IMG/VR virus record: IMGVR_UViG_3300011862_000003
From: an uncultured virus (IMG/VR IMGVR_UViG_3300011862_000003)
Lineage: Duplodnaviria; Heunggongvirae; Uroviricota; Caudoviricetes
DNA: 64,000 bases
Reading direction: 5' to 3' (one strand)
The notes under the pieces were generated by a model, which saw only the letters and a list, made by a program, of their open reading frames with translations, did no database searches and had not been told where the DNA came from. Both the position numbers and the translations under genes were made by a program. Position 1 is the stretch's first letter. The number at the start of each line of letters is the position of its first letter. Of the stretch, positions 39,683-50,209 are shown piece after piece.

Positions 39683-40561
39683 ATGGCAAATTTCAATGAT
39701 TTAGTTAGCACTCGTCAATCTGTAGCTGGCTTCCAAATCCCACAAGCACCAATGGTTCCAAACAATGGTTTATCTGATGGTATCGCACCTGCAGGTACAT
39801 TCATTGTAGCTCCATACTTACCACTAGTACGTTACAATGAAGATAAATTCACTCATGTAGTTGTTGGTTCGGGTAAGCCTGTAGCTCTTGATTCTAATGG
39901 TCACGTAGTTCCTGCTGGTCTTCGTTTAGATACAACTGGTATTGTTAAATATACTCAAGTTGACGTTGACAATGGCGTACGTAATGCTAAAGGTGAATTA
40001 GTTACAGTTGGTGAAGCAGTAACTGCATCTTTTGCAGAAGCTGGTATTACCGTTGGTCCACACATTGGTGTAGCACCTTACGACTACTTCCGTCATGCTG
40101 GTGGTGATAACTTAACGCCTACAAAAACAACTTATATTAACTTTAACCCACAACCAGTTATTGCTGTACTTCGTGATTACCACATGCAATACCCTGTAGT
40201 TGCTGATGCTGATACTGTACGTGCTGCTGCTCTTAAAGGTATTTCTGCTGTTGTAGCTAAGAAAGCTGACATCCAGTTTGGTGGTTTCGTAACTTATGAT
40301 GCTGAATCAAACTTTGTAATTGATTCTGATCCAAGTTTTGCTAACACTATTGGTCAAATTACTGGTCTACGTGTTTACAAAGATGACACAACTGGTAAAG
40401 TAGTTGGTAATCATAACTTACTTGATCGTGTTATTGCTCCTAATGCAGCTACACAATCAGTTCTTAATCAAGTAGCTAATGCTTCTAATGATGGTATGGG
40501 TTCATTTATCACTTATTCAGGTGGTTGGGCTGTTGCTGAAATTGGTTTAATTAACCGTTAA
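39683..40561 (+). CDS. capsid decoration / minor head protein
   Basis: Directly upstream of MCP; high-expression codon bias. Confidence 0.65.
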   Translation: MANFNDLVSTRQSVAGFQIPQAPMVPNNGLSDGIAPAGTFIVAPYLPLVRYNEDKFTHVVVGSGKPVALDSNGHVVPAGLRLDTTGIVKYTQVDVDNGVRNAKGELVTVGEAVTASFAEAGITVGPHIGVAPYDYFRHAGGDNLTPTKTTYINFNPQPVIAVLRDYHMQYPVVADADTVRAAALKGISAVVAKKADIQFGGFVTYDAESNFVIDSDPSFANTIGQITGLRVYKDDTTGKVVGNHNLLDRVIAPNAATQSVLNQVANASNDGMGSFITYSGGWAVAEIGLINR

Positions 40562-40622
40562 TTCAGAACCTCAAATATATACATAAAAAATCGTAATTAA
40601 TTAGATAAAGGAAATATAAAAT

Positions 40623-41819
40623 ATGTCTACTGCATTAGAAATTAAAGACTTTGGTGAACTTGTACAAAACAATGGTAAAGTTAATGATGTTAAATTTACA
40701 ATCCAAGACGCTCTAGCAACACCAAATGGTCCTCAAGCATTAGGTAAAATGTATACTGAAATCGTTCAGCAAGTTATTGAAGCTGAATCACTAGGTCTTC
40801 GCCTAGTACGTAAAATCCGTCACGACGATATCGTTGGTGAATCAACATCTTTCAAATGGATTGGTGCTGGTAATATTCCTAATGTAGAACGTGCCGAGTC
40901 AGGTGAATATCCAGAATTCAGTATCCAAATGGGTAAATCAGCTACTGTTCGCGCTCAATTCTTACAACGCGGTCTAGTAGTTAAAATCACTCAAGAAGAT
41001 ATTAAATATTCACGTTGGGATATCATCCGTGAACATATCACTCAAGCATCACTTGCTCTTGCTCGTGCTAAAGAAAAACTAATTTTCTCTGTATTTGAAC
41101 AAGCTGGTGTTATTATTTTTGATAATACTGATACTACTGGTGTTAAATCTATCAAAGGTGTAGCTAACGGCCGTGACCGTTTCGGTAACAAAAATGGTGC
41201 TCTTACTTATGAAGATCTAGTAGATATGGTTGCTACTATGAACTCTAATGGTTATAACCCAGATGTTGTTCTTGTTCACCCTCTATCACTTCCAGCGTTC
41301 CAAAAAGACCCTATGCTTCGTCATATGGGCTTCGTAACAGGTAACCCACAAGCGTTCCTGAACACTGGTAAAACAGCTCCTAATGCTTATGCAAATGGTA
41401 CTGTAGATACTTGGAGACGCCAACAACGTGCTGCTACTGGTAATGGTCAGTTACTTGACGATGTAGAACAAAGTTTACTTTCAACTACTACTCCTAACTT
41501 CCCATCATTCCACCCATTATCTGGTATGACTGTTATTGCTTCTAACCTGGTTCCATTCGATGCTGCTGCTCGTACTACTAGCATTATGCTTTTAGATACA
41601 TCTGCTACTGCTATCCTGAATGAACAAACTCCATTAACAGTTGATTCATGGGATGAACATAGCCGTGAGATCGTTGCTGTACGTATCAAAGAGTCTTACT
41701 CTGTTGACGTAATTGACGAAGGTCGTGGTATTGCTGTTGCTAAGAACATTCCACTTGTTCCTAACGAGCTTTACGTAGATCCACAAGTTGTTATTCAAGC
41801 TGCTGACTTAGCGAAGTAA
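40623..41819 (+). CDS. major capsid protein (HK97 fold)
   Basis: AESGEYPE...GLVVKITQEDI...LARAKE; size, synteny, strong terminator. Confidence 0.9.
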   Translation: MSTALEIKDFGELVQNNGKVNDVKFTIQDALATPNGPQALGKMYTEIVQQVIEAESLGLRLVRKIRHDDIVGESTSFKWIGAGNIPNVERAESGEYPEFSIQMGKSATVRAQFLQRGLVVKITQEDIKYSRWDIIREHITQASLALARAKEKLIFSVFEQAGVIIFDNTDTTGVKSIKGVANGRDRFGNKNGALTYEDLVDMVATMNSNGYNPDVVLVHPLSLPAFQKDPMLRHMGFVTGNPQAFLNTGKTAPNAYANGTVDTWRRQQRAATGNGQLLDDVEQSLLSTTTPNFPSFHPLSGMTVIASNLVPFDAAARTTSIMLLDTSATAILNEQTPLTVDSWDEHSREIVAVRIKESYSVDVIDEGRGIAVAKNIPLVPNELYVDPQVVIQAADLAK

Positions 41820-41835
41820 TTGAATAATTAATCTG

Positions 41836-41862
41836 AGGGGAGGGATATCCCTCCCCTTTTTT
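41836..41862 (+). terminator. intrinsic terminator after MCP
   Basis: AGGGGAGGG ATAT CCCTCCCCT TTTTT. Confidence 0.9.
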
Positions 41863-41887
41863 ATTACATGTAAACAAAGGAGACAAA

Positions 41888-42265
41888 ATGAAAATTGCAT
41901 TAACAAAACCTTCATTCTATTTTAATGATCCTATTAACCTTACACCTTATGTACGCTCTATCGATGTAGACTTAGCTTCTCTAGATAATGACGTAGTACG
42001 TAAACTTAATCTTGGTGTTGTTACTGGTGTTGTTGAAATTACAGAAGGCGGTGAAGACTTTAAGGCTCGTATTGATGCTCTTGCCCCTAAGGAAGAGGCT
42101 AAAGTTGAAACTGTAGAAGAAACTAAGACTGTTGAAGTTAAAGTTGAAACAAAAGAAAAAGTAGATGTAGATGTTAAAGAAGAAGTTAAAGTTGAACAAC
42201 CTGATACCTCTAAACGTAAAACTACTACCACTACTAAGAAACCAACTACTACTAAAAAAGTATAA
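41888..42265 (+). CDS. hypothetical protein with E/K/T-rich tail
   Basis: AAGGAG RBS. Confidence 0.75.
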   Translation: MKIALTKPSFYFNDPINLTPYVRSIDVDLASLDNDVVRKLNLGVVTGVVEITEGGEDFKARIDALAPKEEAKVETVEETKTVEVKVETKEKVDVDVKEEVKVEQPDTSKRKTTTTTKKPTTTKKV

Positions 42266-42282
42266 TTCTATAGAGAGGTAAT

Positions 42283-43341
42283 ATGATAGATATCAAGATA
42301 CTTAATAGTGATAAAGAGTTAGGTTCTTTTCCTATTACTCAATCCATTAAGTTAAGCTCAAATACGGAGCTAGATACTACGTCACTGAATGATCATATTA
42401 TTCTTTTTAGAACTGTACCTGAGAAAGGGCTCGTCAGTTTAGTAGAGCCCTACTCTTATACCGTTGGCTATATTAAAGAGAAATTCTCAACAATTGATCT
42501 TACATTTTCTCAAGAACAAGAAAATGATTTATATACTATTACTGTTACTCCTACTAAAGCTTTAAGCTTAGACTCAGATTATATTTTATATATAACTAAA
42601 AATGTACTAGCTAGTAATAACACAGTAAATAAGGTAGTATCTAAATCTAATTCCACACTTAAAATTTCAGTAATTCCTCCTATTATCGATCACGTAGTTC
42701 CAGTTGTAGTTAAGACTACTTCTAAATTTTCAGATGGTAATAATTTGGTTACTTTCTTAATAGGTTCTCAGGAAGTCACTCTAAATTTAAAACAGAATAA
42801 GACAGTATCTATTAATAAGGTAACTTATATCTTTGAGGATACAGTGTATGTAGCTGGTGAATCTTTTGAAATTACAGTTACTACTGCAACAGATAACTCT
42901 ATTATAGAGGATACTCTTTATAAATTTAGAACAGCTCCATCTGAAAGTATTAAAGTAATAGATAGTCAAAAACCGTCTTCTAGTATTAATACTCAAGACA
43001 TCTTAAACTTTTACAATAAAGTTTCATCTATTAAAGAGTCAATCACAATAGTTCCTAAATATATTGCTCCTAATATTTTTTCTTTCACACTTCCAGAAGG
43101 TTATAACTTGAATAGTGATAAGAGTATAGAAGTAACTATTAGAGAAGCTTTTAATAATTATTTATTAAAAGACCTCGAATTATATGAAAACAAAAACTAC
43201 ACCTTATATATCTACCAAGAAGACTCTGAAGTTTTTATTGAAACGGTTTATAACGAGGATAGTTTAGATAGTATTCAGGTCCTTGATGATGATTCTAATC
43301 CCCTACTATTTAAAAACAAGTCAAGAGGTAGATCAGTATGA
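42283..43341 (+). CDS. virion protein, Ig-like (Big_5-type) features
   Basis: ITVTPTKALSLDSDYIL...YKFRT pattern. Confidence 0.6.
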   Translation: MIDIKILNSDKELGSFPITQSIKLSSNTELDTTSLNDHIILFRTVPEKGLVSLVEPYSYTVGYIKEKFSTIDLTFSQEQENDLYTITVTPTKALSLDSDYILYITKNVLASNNTVNKVVSKSNSTLKISVIPPIIDHVVPVVVKTTSKFSDGNNLVTFLIGSQEVTLNLKQNKTVSINKVTYIFEDTVYVAGESFEITVTTATDNSIIEDTLYKFRTAPSESIKVIDSQKPSSSINTQDILNFYNKVSSIKESITIVPKYIAPNIFSFTLPEGYNLNSDKSIEVTIREAFNNYLLKDLELYENKNYTLYIYQEDSEVFIETVYNEDSLDSIQVLDDDSNPLLFKNKSRGRSV

Positions 43342-43649
43342 GTTTAAGGATCTATACAGATGTTGATAGAGATGTACAATTAACAGAATATATTACAATC
43401 GGAACACCTAATAAACTCTACATTAAAAATATAGGTAATCGTACTATTAATCTATATAGAGTAAAGGTTAATAAAACAGATGTAAGTTTTGTTGGATGGT
43501 TTACTGAAAGTAATAAATCTGATGTATTAGTTACAAATAGAGTGATTAGTCCAGGAGAGTATATTGAATTTTATCTACAATCTATAGATACATCTGATAT
43601 ACTAATTAAATCAAAAAGTATTGTAGATATAAGTATGGAGTATGTATGA
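43338..43649 (+). CDS. small beta-rich virion protein
   Basis: ATGA overlap. Confidence 0.65.
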   Translation: MSLRIYTDVDRDVQLTEYITIGTPNKLYIKNIGNRTINLYRVKVNKTDVSFVGWFTESNKSDVLVTNRVISPGEYIEFYLQSIDTSDILIKSKSIVDISMEYV

Positions 43650-44350
43650 ATATTAATCTAAAATTAACTCTACCTATTATTAATGAGCAAGGTGAAGAAA
43701 AAGATATTAAACTTGATAGTAATATTTTTCTAACTCCTTACTATGCTACAGAAGAAGATATAATCCCTACATTCCCCATGTTTGAGGAAGAAGATCTACC
43801 TATTTTACGTAAAGTTATATTCAATGCATCATTGACTGTTAATAGGATTACAAGTAAAGTAGAAGAATGGAAGTTATTAACAAATAAAGAGTTATTTGCA
43901 TTACGTAGAGATTATGTTATATGCTTGTCAACAAACGAATTTGCTAAAAGACTTAATTCTGAAAATATTAAAGCTAAATCTCAAAGTAAAACTTTAGGTG
44001 ACTTTACTGTTTCTACTTCACAAACTAATGATAATACTGTCTTAAATAAGATTTTCTCAGACTCTAGTAAATGTGTTAGAGAATTAGAAAAACTATTAAA
44101 TGACGCAGAACAAGATCGTATAATTCCTGTTGACTTTGTTAAAGGAAGATATAACTTAGCCAATATCCAAGCAAATGATCGCTTATGGTGGTTAAAAGAT
44201 TTGGGTGGTGGTTCTAGAGTGATTGATGGATATGCTAGTAATAAATTCTGGTACAAAGGAAATCAATATAAAGCTGCTACATTGAATAGGGACTCTTATG
44301 CTAATGGTATGAGTGTACTAGACTATTATAGGAGAGGGAATGAAGAATAA
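43646..44350 (+). CDS. putative head-tail adaptor
   Basis: SKTLGDFTVS motif; position after capsid genes. Confidence 0.55.
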   Translation: MNINLKLTLPIINEQGEEKDIKLDSNIFLTPYYATEEDIIPTFPMFEEEDLPILRKVIFNASLTVNRITSKVEEWKLLTNKELFALRRDYVICLSTNEFAKRLNSENIKAKSQSKTLGDFTVSTSQTNDNTVLNKIFSDSSKCVRELEKLLNDAEQDRIIPVDFVKGRYNLANIQANDRLWWLKDLGGGSRVIDGYASNKFWYKGNQYKAATLNRDSYANGMSVLDYYRRGNEE

Positions 44351-44840
44351 TCTTGATCTACGAGATGAACTGTATACTTTATTATTCACAGATAAAGAGA
44401 CAGATAAGATAAGCAGGCCTGTAATATGGACAGCTTATCGACGTAATGGGAAAGATAAAATTAACTGTTCTGCCTGTAATCCACATAATCAAGGTTATGT
44501 AGAGGGTCAACTTGGTTGTCCTTACTGTGATGGTAAGGGTTACATGTGGGATCAAAAGATAATTGAAGGTTACATGTATAAACAAAATGAGGGTAAAGAT
44601 AGATATAATCTAAATATGCTATCTAATGCTGGTAAATCTAACACAACTTCTTATGTACTAGTTACTCCTTTTGACATTGAACCTATGATCGAAGATACTA
44701 TATCAATAATTAAATTAAACTCCGATAATAAGATAGAAGTTCCAATACAGATAAAAGAAACTGTAAAAGTTGTTTATAGTAGAAACATGAAAGCTAGTCA
44801 GAATGATAAAGACTTTCATATATCTTACCTAGGAGGTTAA
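44340..44840 (+). CDS. putative head closure/neck protein with zinc motif
   Basis: CSAC...CPYCDGKG; synteny. Confidence 0.55.
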   Translation: MKNNLDLRDELYTLLFTDKETDKISRPVIWTAYRRNGKDKINCSACNPHNQGYVEGQLGCPYCDGKGYMWDQKIIEGYMYKQNEGKDRYNLNMLSNAGKSNTTSYVLVTPFDIEPMIEDTISIIKLNSDNKIEVPIQIKETVKVVYSRNMKASQNDKDFHISYLGG

Positions 44841-44842
44841 TT

Positions 44843-45523
44843 ATGTCTGGTAGTATATTTGCTGAAATTAAGAAATTTCAAGAGGACTTAACTCCAGCAC
44901 AAAATATTGAAATTAGTGACGATGATGTATTATCAGAGAAATTCTCTTTTGGGAATAATATTTATAATCTCTTTAATGCTCTGTCGAAACTATTTGAAGA
45001 ATTAGATCTTTTGTCTAATAATCCAAAAGATAATAAAAATAAATTTAGATTCATACATGCTTTTCCTGATATGATTAAAGATGATGGATCTAATGTAGTC
45101 ACATATAATATAGTAAAAAGAAACCCAAGAGTAACACAGAACTATAGTGTTAATACGAGGAGTGTTACAAAAAGTAAAGCTACCTCGGTAGGAGAAACTT
45201 ACAATGCTGTTACAGGTAGTGTAGATGAATTCTATAAACTAGAGTTTGATAATGTTATCTCTATAACAATTTTTTCAAAAAAAGCTAGAGTACTTAATAA
45301 TCTATCTAGAGTCATTGAGTCTATATTTTTAAAATATTCTAGCTTTATTAAACAGTTTGTAGATGAAAGTATCTATTTAGGTATGAGTGATATTCGTTAT
45401 CTAGATAGATATGATGAGCAAGAACCTATCTATGCTCGTGAATTACAGTTCAAGGTATTAACCACTGAAGTGTATAAGCAAGAGTTAGAACAGGCTAAGT
45501 CTATAGACATACAACTTAAATAA
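44843..45523 (+). CDS. putative tail terminator/completion protein
   Basis: Directly before sheath. Confidence 0.55.
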   Translation: MSGSIFAEIKKFQEDLTPAQNIEISDDDVLSEKFSFGNNIYNLFNALSKLFEELDLLSNNPKDNKNKFRFIHAFPDMIKDDGSNVVTYNIVKRNPRVTQNYSVNTRSVTKSKATSVGETYNAVTGSVDEFYKLEFDNVISITIFSKKARVLNNLSRVIESIFLKYSSFIKQFVDESIYLGMSDIRYLDRYDEQEPIYARELQFKVLTTEVYKQELEQAKSIDIQLK

Positions 45524-45549
45524 ATTTTTATTAATTAAAAGGAAATAAA

Positions 45550-47544
45550 ATGTCAAGAGTTGGTATTACTTCTGAAATCTTAGATGGTAAATTGAATCCA
45601 CGTGCAAGCTTACCTGAGGACGTAGTTCTTGTAATTAGCCGTGCAACAACTGGACCATCTAATCAGTTGTATAATGTTTCTGATACAGAGACAGCAAAAC
45701 AAATTTTTGGTGCTAACTCACCAATCATTCAATTAATGAAACATGCTTATGCTGGTGGTGCTAAAAACGTAGCACTTTATCGTATCGGTGGCCGCTCAGC
45801 TAGTATTGATAACCTATTCGGTGAATATACTACTCTACGTACTTATGCTGCATCAGTTAATGCTGGTTCTACTCTAAGTGTTTATGCAGGTCCTCGTAAT
45901 AACGATCCTGAAACATCTATCGTAATCGTGTACGACGGTGCTAAAATTGTTTACTCTAACTCTCCAGGTCAAGAAATTGATTTAGGTGTAGTTTCTCTAG
46001 ATGGTTTTGAATCTGCGTCTTTCCCTTACGTTATTGGTAAACTTGGTGCACCAGTTCCATTTAAAGATGTAGTAAATAACCTTAAAGCAAAAACTATCGA
46101 ATCATTCGTAGGTGATGCTACTGTTAAAGAATTCACACTTAAAAAGACAAATGGTGAAATCGTTCAAGTAGTTCTTACTGCTGGTGAAGTAATTAGCACT
46201 CTTCGTGAAGGTACTGATTATACATACGCAGCGGGTGTAGTAACTCTTGTTAAAGCTCCTGCTAAAGATGCTGTAGTTCAAGTAGCATACGCTAGTGCAG
46301 TTACTGCTGCTGAGTTTAATATTACCTATACTAAAGGTGAAGACAACATGGGTGCTTCTCTGAATAAACTGTATGAACTTTATGATACAGCTTTTGTAGA
46401 GCTTGAAGCATATGATGTATTCTCTGCTGTTATTGAAGATCTTTTCGGTGCTCGTAATATTGCATCAGGTGATGACTCTTCAGAAGATCGTTTAACTTAT
46501 GTTATTCGTGAAGAAGCAGAAGATGGTTTCAACTATGTATGGTCAGATCATAAATCAGTTTATCAATTGCTAACAAATCCATCAGAAACTACTACTGATG
46601 TTGCTCTTGCAGCTCTTGATACTAATGGTACACCAATCGTTGTTACTCAATATAATGAAGTAGACTTTGCACACCGTCTTGCGATGTGGGCATGGACTCA
46701 ATCTGATATTGCTCACTATGTAAATGGTGTTATTGGTCCTAAAGGTCCAAAAGCTAATTATACAATTGCTATTAACCGTTGGGTTGGTAAAGCTCCTACT
46801 AAAGATATCTATGGTAAGATCATCGTAAATGGTGAAGGTCTATTAGGTAATCGTTTCATGGTAGGTACTACTACTCAATCAGCTGGTTTCTATGCAACTG
46901 ATACTGGTTATCCAGATGGTGATCCACTATATGACAGTTCAGGTACTATTATAGATATTGGTAAACATTTGAGTATTCCTGTTCTTCCTGTATACATGGC
47001 ATCTGACCTTTATACTTCAGCAGGAGCTACTACTCGTTCTGGTGCTGCAGCTTATGCTGGTTTACTGACTCAAGTATCTCCAGGTGATTCTACAACTAAC
47101 ATTGTAATCCCAGGTGTTACACCAATTTTCAAATTAAAAGCTAACAAAATCCAAGCTCTTTCTGACTCTGGCTATGTAGTTTTTGAAGAGAAAACTAAAG
47201 GTCTTACAGTTTATTCTGGTGATCTTGCAACTTCAGATGCTTCTGATTTTGATTACGTTTCAACAGCTATTGCTATCACTCACGTACTGAAAAGCTTACG
47301 TGACATCATTGACCCTTACATTGGTAAAGGTATCAGTGCTACCATGATGGCTGCTCTTTATAACGCAATTGATGTTAATCTTAAAGCAGCTGTTACTTTA
47401 GGTTATATTAATGGTTACTCATTTAACCTGTTAGGCTCTGATGCCAACAGCCTTAAACTTCCATTAAGCATTCAACCTAAGCATGAGTTACGTCACGTTA
47501 ATATCGTAGTTTCTCTTGCTGAACAAGACTTATATAGTATCTAA
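45550..47544 (+). CDS. tail sheath protein
   Basis: ISRATTGPSN N-terminus; C-terminal YIGK...IQPKHELRHVNIVV; size and synteny. Confidence 0.88.
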   Translation: MSRVGITSEILDGKLNPRASLPEDVVLVISRATTGPSNQLYNVSDTETAKQIFGANSPIIQLMKHAYAGGAKNVALYRIGGRSASIDNLFGEYTTLRTYAASVNAGSTLSVYAGPRNNDPETSIVIVYDGAKIVYSNSPGQEIDLGVVSLDGFESASFPYVIGKLGAPVPFKDVVNNLKAKTIESFVGDATVKEFTLKKTNGEIVQVVLTAGEVISTLREGTDYTYAAGVVTLVKAPAKDAVVQVAYASAVTAAEFNITYTKGEDNMGASLNKLYELYDTAFVELEAYDVFSAVIEDLFGARNIASGDDSSEDRLTYVIREEAEDGFNYVWSDHKSVYQLLTNPSETTTDVALAALDTNGTPIVVTQYNEVDFAHRLAMWAWTQSDIAHYVNGVIGPKGPKANYTIAINRWVGKAPTKDIYGKIIVNGEGLLGNRFMVGTTTQSAGFYATDTGYPDGDPLYDSSGTIIDIGKHLSIPVLPVYMASDLYTSAGATTRSGAAAYAGLLTQVSPGDSTTNIVIPGVTPIFKLKANKIQALSDSGYVVFEEKTKGLTVYSGDLATSDASDFDYVSTAIAITHVLKSLRDIIDPYIGKGISATMMAALYNAIDVNLKAAVTLGYINGYSFNLLGSDANSLKLPLSIQPKHELRHVNIVVSLAEQDLYSI

Positions 47545-47558
47545 TAGGAGATTAAGAT

Positions 47559-48230
47559 ATGGCAGATACAATTGACCAAGGCTACTACATCTCAAAATCT
47601 GGTACTGAAATCCAAGCGGTATTTAATGGCGTTAAATTCGGTGACCTGCATATGATTAAATATGCAGTTCAACGTGATGTAGCTAACGTTCATGTAATGG
47701 GTACAGTGGATGCAGTATCTGTAGCTAAAGGTAAACGTTCTACTACTGGTGCTTGCGTATTCGCAGTGTTTGAAAAAGACCGTCTACTTGAGGCAGTTAA
47801 AGATAAAGAAGTTTTTCTAACTAGTCATGAGTTAGTTAACTACGGTGGTTCTAAACAAACTGGCGGTGTTAATAATACTTTAGATAGTAAAGCTAATGTA
47901 GCTATTCAATCAGGTGGTACAATTCGTCCATCTACAGCTTTTGATGGCAGTTCAGATTCTTCTGTTTTCAGTAGTTTTGGTGAGACTCGTGCTCCTACAC
48001 TGATTGACCAAATCCCACCATTCGATATCGTATTGGTAGGTATTTCAGAATCATCTGGTCATGCTTCACGTATGGTTATCCATGGTGTACAATTTAACAG
48101 TGATCAAGGTGGTTCTAGCGTTGATGATTTATTACTTGAACGTCAAGTAACATTCATTGCTAAACGTATTAGTCCATGGGAATCACTAGCAACTTTAGCA
48201 AATGGTTCTTCTTCTGGTATTAGTCGTTAA
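47559..48230 (+). CDS. tail tube protein
   Basis: Follows sheath; AKGKRSTTG, DQIPPFDI, SVDD...TFIA. Confidence 0.8.
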   Translation: MADTIDQGYYISKSGTEIQAVFNGVKFGDLHMIKYAVQRDVANVHVMGTVDAVSVAKGKRSTTGACVFAVFEKDRLLEAVKDKEVFLTSHELVNYGGSKQTGGVNNTLDSKANVAIQSGGTIRPSTAFDGSSDSSVFSSFGETRAPTLIDQIPPFDIVLVGISESSGHASRMVIHGVQFNSDQGGSSVDDLLLERQVTFIAKRISPWESLATLANGSSSGISR

Positions 48231-48237
48231 GAAACCT

Positions 48238-48268
48238 AAAGGGAGACTCAATTGAGTCTCCCTTTTTT
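48238..48268 (+). terminator. intrinsic terminator after tube gene
   Basis: AAAGGGAGACTC AATT GAGTCTCCCTTTTTT. Confidence 0.9.
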
Positions 48269-48285
48269 ATTATAAGGAGAAAAAT

Positions 48286-49032
48286 ATGAGTAATAAAACT
48301 GAATATGATATAGAACGATTTTTAAATAAAAGGAGTGCTCCTGATGTAAGTTATGAACAAGAACAAACTTATATACCAATTCCTGGTACAACTGTAAGAG
48401 TATTATTAGAATTTCCTCAATACAACATAGATGGAAAGTCAGCAGTAATTCAATTAGATGATGTAATGACTATTTCATTCTCATCTCATAGAGTTAAAGC
48501 ACCTGTAACAACTTTAGGACAAGTATCTGTAAATGGCTTTGGATTAGGTACACGTATGGTAGCTGGATCTATTATCCGTTCAATTTTTACCACAGATAAT
48601 TTGACTGCTTTACAGGCTAAGATTTTTCTTGAAGATCAAGATAATATTAAAAATAGATTAGCAGGACTAGATCAAAACTTACCATCAGGTTTACCAATGA
48701 AAGAAAGAATATCCATCATTCAAGATGACTTGACGGCTTTTAATATTCACATATATTCTATATCAGAATATACTGCTCAGATTGGAGAAACATACACACC
48801 ACGAGAAAGATTTGATACTATTATTGGAGCTACTATTACTAATACTGGACAAGTCTATTCTATTGAAGATTTAATTACAGAGAGTACTATTTCATTTCAA
48901 GCTAAAGCTTTTCGTTCTTCTACTAATATTACAGATTATTCTAGAGGTTATGGAGAAAATACAGCATTCCCTACAGTATCCTCATTGCTAAACAAATCTA
49001 AAGAACAATCAAAAATTAATTTAACTTCTTAA
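48286..49032 (+). CDS. tube-like baseplate/initiator protein
   Basis: Tube-paralog motifs GLGTRMVAGS, DDLTAFNI, SIED...SFQA. Confidence 0.65.
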   Translation: MSNKTEYDIERFLNKRSAPDVSYEQEQTYIPIPGTTVRVLLEFPQYNIDGKSAVIQLDDVMTISFSSHRVKAPVTTLGQVSVNGFGLGTRMVAGSIIRSIFTTDNLTALQAKIFLEDQDNIKNRLAGLDQNLPSGLPMKERISIIQDDLTAFNIHIYSISEYTAQIGETYTPRERFDTIIGATITNTGQVYSIEDLITESTISFQAKAFRSSTNITDYSRGYGENTAFPTVSSLLNKSKEQSKINLTS

Positions 49033-49042
49033 GGAGAAGACT

Positions 49043-49711
49043 ATGGCAAACACTGTAATACCAATGTATGATCATTACTTTACAGCAGTAGATGTAACAG
49101 TAGATTTAGTTTATCCATCAACTGGTAATAGAGTTAATATTGATAAAGCTGTTGCTATTGCATATACACATAATGTATCATCGGTTCCAATATATACTCT
49201 TGGAACACTAGTACCTTATTTTTTCTCTAAAGGTAATTCCTTAGTTCAAGGTCAACTAGATATCGCTTTTAAAAGTACAGATTACATGAGAACTGCTATA
49301 AACTATTTAATATCAGCAAACACAAATTATAAGGTTACATATCAAGGATCTTTAAATAGACCAACTGAAGATGATCCCGACAAGACTAAGATTGTTTCTT
49401 ATGTGGGTGATTACTCTAGTGATAAGCTAGTACTAGAAGAACTTAATGCAATGAGTACAGAAGAGTATGCAAATCTTACACAAAAGATGGACTTACAAGG
49501 CGTAGCTATGAAAGAAAAATCTTTAATAACAGTTCCAGGATTATTAAACATAGTAATCACATATAACAATGCAAATTCAAATATGAGTGGATCTCACTCT
49601 ACTATTACAATAGAGGGAGTTAAATTTGTATCACAATCATCAGGAATCAGTTCACATGACGATACTGCGTTAGTAGATCGTTTCTCATTTATGGCAAGGA
49701 ATATTAAATAA
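49043..49711 (+). CDS. tube-like baseplate/initiator protein
   Basis: PIYTLG...SKGNSLVQG...SFMARNI, paralogous to tube. Confidence 0.65.
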   Translation: MANTVIPMYDHYFTAVDVTVDLVYPSTGNRVNIDKAVAIAYTHNVSSVPIYTLGTLVPYFFSKGNSLVQGQLDIAFKSTDYMRTAINYLISANTNYKVTYQGSLNRPTEDDPDKTKIVSYVGDYSSDKLVLEELNAMSTEEYANLTQKMDLQGVAMKEKSLITVPGLLNIVITYNNANSNMSGSHSTITIEGVKFVSQSSGISSHDDTALVDRFSFMARNIK

Positions 49712-50199
49712 TGGAAGTACGTAACAATAAGAAAAAAGCACAAGCAGAAGAAGTGTATATCCCACCACAAGCTACAGAAGAAGATTTTCAACAGTATGAA
49801 CCACAGATTAGTCCAGAAGATCAAAAACTAATGGAAATTCATGGTTCTCTAGTTGAAGTCTATGGGGATCAAGCACCAATGCTATCTCAGTTAGAAGCAT
49901 GGAAAAAACGTTGGGGACAAATACATGTTTCTAAGATAGGTGCAGATAGAAAAGAATATTATATTTGGAGAACATTGCTTCGCTTTGAATACAAAGAGAT
50001 GACTAAAGGTGGTGCCCATGAAGACTCAGATAGTTTTAATGAGATGCTAGTAGAGAAATGCGCACTATATCCTCTCTATGATTTTACATTCAAAAACAAA
50101 AGTGATGCGGGTGTTATTACTACACTAGGTCAACAAATTGCTTATAAATCTGGTTTCGTAAGTCCTCAAGAAGCACTATCACTAATCTACATTGCCTAA
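49711..50199 (+). CDS. tail assembly chaperone
   Basis: WKKRWG...YIWRTL..FEY...KSGF; position before tape measure. Confidence 0.65.
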   Translation: MEVRNNKKKAQAEEVYIPPQATEEDFQQYEPQISPEDQKLMEIHGSLVEVYGDQAPMLSQLEAWKKRWGQIHVSKIGADRKEYYIWRTLLRFEYKEMTKGGAHEDSDSFNEMLVEKCALYPLYDFTFKNKSDAGVITTLGQQIAYKSGFVSPQEALSLIYIA

Positions 50200-50209
50200 G
50201 GAGTAATAT

